Assembly (NCBI GenBank): GCA_039024555.1
Contig: JBCCQQ010000057.1
Span: forward strand, 1-41,036
Direction of reading: 5' to 3'
DNA: 41,036 bases
Source of the DNA: Cyanobacteria bacterium P01_D01_bin.156
GTDB taxonomy: Bacteria > Cyanobacteriota > Cyanobacteriia > Phormidesmidales > Phormidesmidaceae
Part shown: one piece after another, positions 37,701-41,036 of the stretch
Layout: each line of letters opens with the position of its first letter
Position numbering within the stretch: position 1 is the first letter of the stretch
Position numbers and translations under genes: made by a program
The notes under the pieces: generated by a model
Database searches by the model: none
Told to the model about the DNA's origin: nothing
The model's input: only the letters and a program-made list of their open reading frames with translations

Positions 37701-40110
37701 GCTCATAATAGGAGCTATCCTGCCGCAAAATTTTGATTAGGTCACTTTCATCTTTCCGATAATCAACTTCGAGGACATTATCGGCTAGATCAATATATTG
37801 AATCAATCGTAGCTCTGGTGGAATCTGTTCTGGTGTGACCTCCGTTAGTCTCAGTGGGATAATTCGCTTATTTAAAGACAGCGCATATTCGATTTCCTGT
37901 TGGCAATAGGAAGATTGAAGAGAATCCTCAGAAATCAAATAAACAACATTGTCTGCAGTTTCAATTCCTCGATTAATGGCCTCCTGAAAGTCAACTCCTG
38001 TCTCAATATCCTGTTGGCTACTCCACACGGTAAACCCTTCACGCATCAGGCTTCTTCGCACCTTTACCTCAGTCTCTCGATCTTCCTCCGCATAGGATAG
38101 AAAGACCTTTGTCATCAGGTTGTTGGCATTTTTAATACTTTCGGTAATCAGCTCACAGTGCAAATCACTAGGAATACAAGGAGGTTGTTCATCCATAAAC
38201 CGATTTTTCAACCAGGCTTCTGCTTGTGTACGCTCCTCACCCACCAACAAATATCGAGATTGTTTTTGATTACGTTCCCAGGCCAAAGCCTTCGTTAGAA
38301 ATTCCGTATGCTGTTTCACATAGTCTTCATGCTGATGCAGCAACCCCACCAATCCATCCAGAGACTGGTCAAAATTATCCTCGGCTCGGCAGTAGACCCA
38401 GTTGATTTTGCTTATCTCCGGGACCATATTTTTGAAACTGTTATGTTCCCCTCGTTCCTGGGCTGCTTCCCAATCTGTGTCTTGGCTTCGCGAAGGATTC
38501 CGTTGTTGCCAGGTTTCCCGATTAATTTCTTCAACATGCAAAATCGGGATAATTCGCTTATTCAGTTTCAGCGCTAACTCAATTTCTTTGCGGCAATAGG
38601 GCGAGTTCACCGAATGGGGAGCAATAATAAAAATGAAATTATGGGCTTTTTCGATCCCCGCATCAATCTGTTCCTGAAAATCTACCCCTAGGGGAATATC
38701 ATTTTGATCAAACCATATATTAAAACCATGGTCCGCCAGCTGATCGTGAAGCTGGGTCGCAAATGCTTTACTGTCAGCTCGTCCATAGGAAATGAACGCA
38801 TCAAAGAACTGGTTCATTTCTCGACTACTCTGGATATAAATCTGTTGTAGATCCGTAGCCGGAGAGTCTGTCTCAGTCTGACTAAAGTTTAACCATTGTT
38901 CTGCTAAGGTAAATTCCTGGCCTTGCAACAACGATGATTTAGGCCGTTTCTGTCGATCCCACTGCAGGGCACGCACCAATAGCTGTTTATGCTCTTCGTA
39001 ATAGCCTGCGTTTTCCTTTAAGGCTCTGAGCAACTTAGCTAGGGCCACATGTTGGTCAAGTGTCGTCTGCCCTTGTGTATAGTCAATACACTGCAGCGAT
39101 TTCTGATTCTTAGGAAGAGCCTCTTGATCAATTGGCTCCAACAGAAGTGGAACCACTCGTTTTTTGAACTGTAAAGCATACTGAACTTCTTCCTGACAAC
39201 TTGATGAATCCAGGGAGTGTGGTGACAGAAGATAAATGACATTACTAGCTTTCTCAATGCCGCTCCGAATTTCCATCGACAGATCACTGCCTGTTTGAAT
39301 ATCCGTTGCCTTATCCCATACAGTTAAGCCTTCTCGCTGCAACGACTGACGCAAATGGTTGATGACTAATGTGTCTTCCTCTGCATAGACAACGAAAACT
39401 TGTGTCATAAATCCATTAGCGGCCTTTAGACTTTCAGTAATCAACTCACATTGTAAGTCCGTAGGCACACAGGGAGGTTGTTCATTGTGGAAAGATGTCT
39501 GTAACCAGATTCGAGCCTGTTGAACGGTTTCTGTAGCCAATAAATAATGGGACTGCCGCTGATGCTGCTCCCAATCTGCAGCCTTGCTTAACAGCAGCGT
39601 ATGCTGGCGGACATAGTCTTTTTGGCGGTTGATAATTTTGAGCAAGGACTGTAAGCCCTGTTCGAAATTATCAACCTCGTCTCGCATGTAGACCCAGTTG
39701 ATTTTGCGAATCTCTGGATGCATATTTTGCAAATGGTCATGCAATCCCTGTGACTGGAAAGCCTCCCATTCCGCGTCCGTACCGGAGGAATTCTGTTGCT
39801 GCCAGGTTGCACGGTTAATTTTTTCAACATGAAGCAGAGGGATAATACGCTTTCCCTGTTTGAGTGCCTGCTCAATTTCTAAAGCGCAATACTGCGAATT
39901 AACTGAGTCAGGGGAAATAATGAATAAAAAGTTATCGGCATTATCGATGCCGTCATCAATTTGCTTCTGATAGTTAACCTCAACTGGAACATCTTCAGAA
40001 TCAAACCAGACGGTTAGCCCCTGTTCAACAAGATGATCATGCAATTCCTTGGCAAAGTATTTACTATCTGCACGACCGTAGGAAATGAAAACATCTTGAA
40101 ACGGATTCAT
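34762..40110 (-). CDS. Five-TIR-domain / single TM helix / 14x WD40 protein (1782 aa)
   Basis: TIR starts DVFISYGRAD, QVFVVYAEED, DAFISYGRAD, KVFLSYAEED and DVFVSYSRAD. Hydrophobic segment LLIRSLLGVVSIAFVLAFFQW. Fourteen (F/Y)SP(D/N)G-type ...S.D...LW repeats. Confidence 0.95.
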   Translation of the reverse strand: MNPFQDVFISYGRADSKYFAKELHDHLVEQGLTVWFDSEDVPVEVNYQKQIDDGIDNADNFLFIISPDSVNSQYCALEIEQALKQGKRIIPLLHVEKINRATWQQQNSSGTDAEWEAFQSQGLHDHLQNMHPEIRKINWVYMRDEVDNFEQGLQSLLKIINRQKDYVRQHTLLLSKAADWEQHQRQSHYLLATETVQQARIWLQTSFHNEQPPCVPTDLQCELITESLKAANGFMTQVFVVYAEEDTLVINHLRQSLQREGLTVWDKATDIQTGSDLSMEIRSGIEKASNVIYLLSPHSLDSSSCQEEVQYALQFKKRVVPLLLEPIDQEALPKNQKSLQCIDYTQGQTTLDQHVALAKLLRALKENAGYYEEHKQLLVRALQWDRQKRPKSSLLQGQEFTLAEQWLNFSQTETDSPATDLQQIYIQSSREMNQFFDAFISYGRADSKAFATQLHDQLADHGFNIWFDQNDIPLGVDFQEQIDAGIEKAHNFIFIIAPHSVNSPYCRKEIELALKLNKRIIPILHVEEINRETWQQRNPSRSQDTDWEAAQERGEHNSFKNMVPEISKINWVYCRAEDNFDQSLDGLVGLLHQHEDYVKQHTEFLTKALAWERNQKQSRYLLVGEERTQAEAWLKNRFMDEQPPCIPSDLHCELITESIKNANNLMTKVFLSYAEEDRETEVKVRRSLMREGFTVWSSQQDIETGVDFQEAINRGIETADNVVYLISEDSLQSSYCQQEIEYALSLNKRIIPLRLTEVTPEQIPPELRLIQYIDLADNVLEVDYRKDESDLIKILRQDSSYYEQHKMILAQAFKWERQERNPSILLRGHNLRQAEAWLKLAQARAQQPATTLHQEFIQASLEQPTDVALDVFVSYSRADSDFVRKLNDALQAQGKTTWFDQESIASGTDFQQEIYRGIEASDNFLFVISPSSVNSPYCAGEVEHAAKLKKRFVTVVDQLVSSASLHPELAKVQWIDFKKHDGDFYANFSELIRTLDTDREHVRSHTRWSQRALEWLEKQRSNDLLLRGNEFALAETWLTEAEQGKKQPSATELQQEYFQASRQSIEVGIKREKQISLLIRSLLGVVSIAFVLAFFQWKRAETVQEGQINALSRYSQSLNASDQKLDALVEGIRAGQQLHKQLSGVQPETKQNVIQSLQGALSSISEQNQLAGHQGDLWSAQFSPDGTMIVTASSDKTVKLWNLEGEELQTLQVHNAEVYAVSFSPDSTMIATASEDGTAKLLDLNGEELQTFSNHDGAVYSVSFSPNGKSIATAGDDGTVKLWTLDGQEQQTINAHDERVSHISFSPDGKTIATASRDGTAKLWSITGQNLKVLQGHNEWVRYVSFSPNGQAVATAGDDNTVRFWSLQGQEMQILESHDDRVYSVNFSPDGQTVITASGDNTIKLWTLEGEEFQTLAGHENIVLTANFSPSGSKVVTASADETARIWQVTPPNFKVLQGHSDKVNTISYSPDGEIVATGGSDNLVKLWNTDGGELQTLTGHTDRISHIQFSSDGKMLATASADKTVRLWSIDGQELAVLDHEYWAKSVSFSPDNQLIATAGFENPITIWRTSGEKLQTLATGSNKVLSVSFSPDGQTLLSAGVDKVIRLLDLQGQEIRTLEGHSEVILGVNFSPDGQAIVSAADDSTARLWNLNGEELTVLEHENTVMGASFSPDGKMIATGGFGQVTRIWNLEGQILAIFEGHKDVVSSVQFSPDGQTLTTASWDSSVRLWALNLEQLQTSTMLLNSDLNGLLFASCKWVENYLKYSVAVEEEDRQICRGI
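34910..36610 (-). repeat. 14 WD40 repeats (~123-bp period)
   Basis: Recurrent GGGCTAAA/GGACTAAA DNA motif and GH...FSPDG...TAS.D.T.KLW protein repeats. Confidence 0.92.
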
Positions 40111-40624
40111 TGCTGAAGTTCTCTACTAGTTAATATCAATTTCACATGCACTAGACCAGGTTCACGTAACAACTTATATGAACCTAACTATTGATTTTTA
40201 TAAATCTTGCAAAGAAAAATCACACCTAACCTACTTTGAACAAACAAATCATATGAGATAGAAAACTTCTTATAGATATACTTCTAGATAGCTGTTGAGC
40301 AATCGCCTCTATTAGATAGAGGCCAACATATCAATCGTTTTGAATATTACTGAATTGTTCTTGTATGAAACACTACTTGTTTACAGAACTTATCTACTAA
40401 GGAGTCGTTTATTCTCAAGGGTTCTCAAAATTAGCCGTTACTCAACTGGGCACTGATTACGAAGTCTGAATGCTCTAAAAGATTGTATTAAAAGCCTTAC
40501 TACTTGAATTTGAATACATCGAGCCTCATAAATTTGGAATGATGGAATTAGGCTTTGGAGGATCTAGATTTAGCACCCTAGTGCCATCTGGTACCTGGTT
40601 CGGACCCTTTAACGCAGCCTCTAA

Positions 40625-40911
40625 GTAGGTGCACTCCGGTTTGGTTCGCACTGTCACCTGGAGTGAAGAGGGGGATGTTGTTCCCCTAGGTTTATGGAGT
40701 CCCGGCAGCGTTATTGGCGTACCCATTAGCCAGGTAGAACCTTGCGAACTGCAGTGTTCAAGCGCAGTGGAATTGGTCCGCTTGCCCGGAGACTATGTAT
40801 TAACCGTAGAGACTTTGCTTAAACACACTGTCCAGGTCAATCGTATGTTGGAAATTATGCACTGTCGCCAGGTGCAGGATAGATTGCTGAAGTTTATCTG
40901 TTGGCTTGCGG
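40625..40911 (+). pseudogene. Internal fragment of the Crp/Fnr regulator gene (diverged copy of 32023-32309)
   Basis: Ungapped 287-bp alignment with 22 differences counted by hand. The copy lacks the first ~23 codons and the whole HTH, and has CAG->TAG at its left edge. Confidence 0.9.
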
Positions 40912-40931
40912 CTGAAAGGGAGACACAACAG

Positions 40932-41036
40932 CTAAAGCGTATCTAGGACAGCTTCTATAGCTCTTAGCCCTCGTAAATGATACTCAATTTTGTTTCGGTC
41001 GAGTCTCATCAACGCCTGAACGTGTTTGTGGCAACG
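40932..41036 (-). CDS. Possible 3' end of a gene entering from the right edge
   Basis: Open frame RCHKHVQALMRLDRNKIEYHLRGLRAIEAVLDTL* with stop at 40932-40934. It is too short to assign. Confidence 0.3.
   Translation of the reverse strand, partial: RCHKHVQALMRLDRNKIEYHLRGLRAIEAVLDTL

Noticed and set aside
33590..39875. Short overlapping ORFs within the TIR cassette
   Set aside because: They are antisense or alternate-frame shadows of the two long genes.
34762..40110. NLR/STAND (Avs-like) protein
   Set aside because: I found no Walker A/B NTPase domain between the TIRs and the WD40 repeats.
32023..40911. crp repeat pair as a diversity-generating retroelement TR/VR
   Set aside because: The differences are not adenine-specific, they are mostly synonymous third-position changes, and no reverse transcriptase is in the window.
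40625..40911. Classical integrase att-site duplication
   Set aside because: The copy is an internal fragment lacking both gene ends and is ~8% diverged. No integrase is visible, although one could lie beyond the right edge.
40629..40946. 105-aa ORF as a functional gene
   Set aside because: It is the truncated crp fragment read from an internal GTG, and it lacks the HTH.

Overview
Cyanobacterial chromosomal window, inferred from ~20 HIP1 octamers (GCGATCGC) between ~1.0 and 32 kb and from cyanobacteria-type genes. (1) Bases 1-19853 are one giant minus-strand ORF that the ORF track misses because its stop lies left of the window. It encodes a >=6617-aa surface/adhesin-type protein: DUF4347, RTX Ca-binding repeats, Calx-beta, two LamG-like, FG-GAP-like, long beta-rich region, P-domain, cadherin-like repeats and 115-aa Trp-rich repeats. 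A 235-aa conserved-looking gene precedes it. (2) Bases 21-32.6 kb hold pyrC, an esterase, a low-GC DxD-motif gene, DUF2656-like, a sugar O-acetyltransferase, GGCT, an NDH-2/DoxX/sensor kinase/OmpR-regulator cluster, and an IsiC-like hydrolase plus Crp/Fnr regulator behind three Fur-box-like sites. (3) Bases 32.8-40.1 kb are an AT-richer, apparently HIP1-free two-gene cassette. It encodes a 1782-aa protein with five tandem TIR domains (all with the catalytic-position Glu), one hydrophobic helix and 14 WD40 repeats, followed by a probably exported protein with a papain-like Cys/His/Asp signature. The cassette lies between the intact crp gene and a 287-bp diverged internal copy of it. It is the best candidate for an undescribed Toll-receptor-like signalling or defence system. 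All family calls come from motif recognition by eye; no database search was run.
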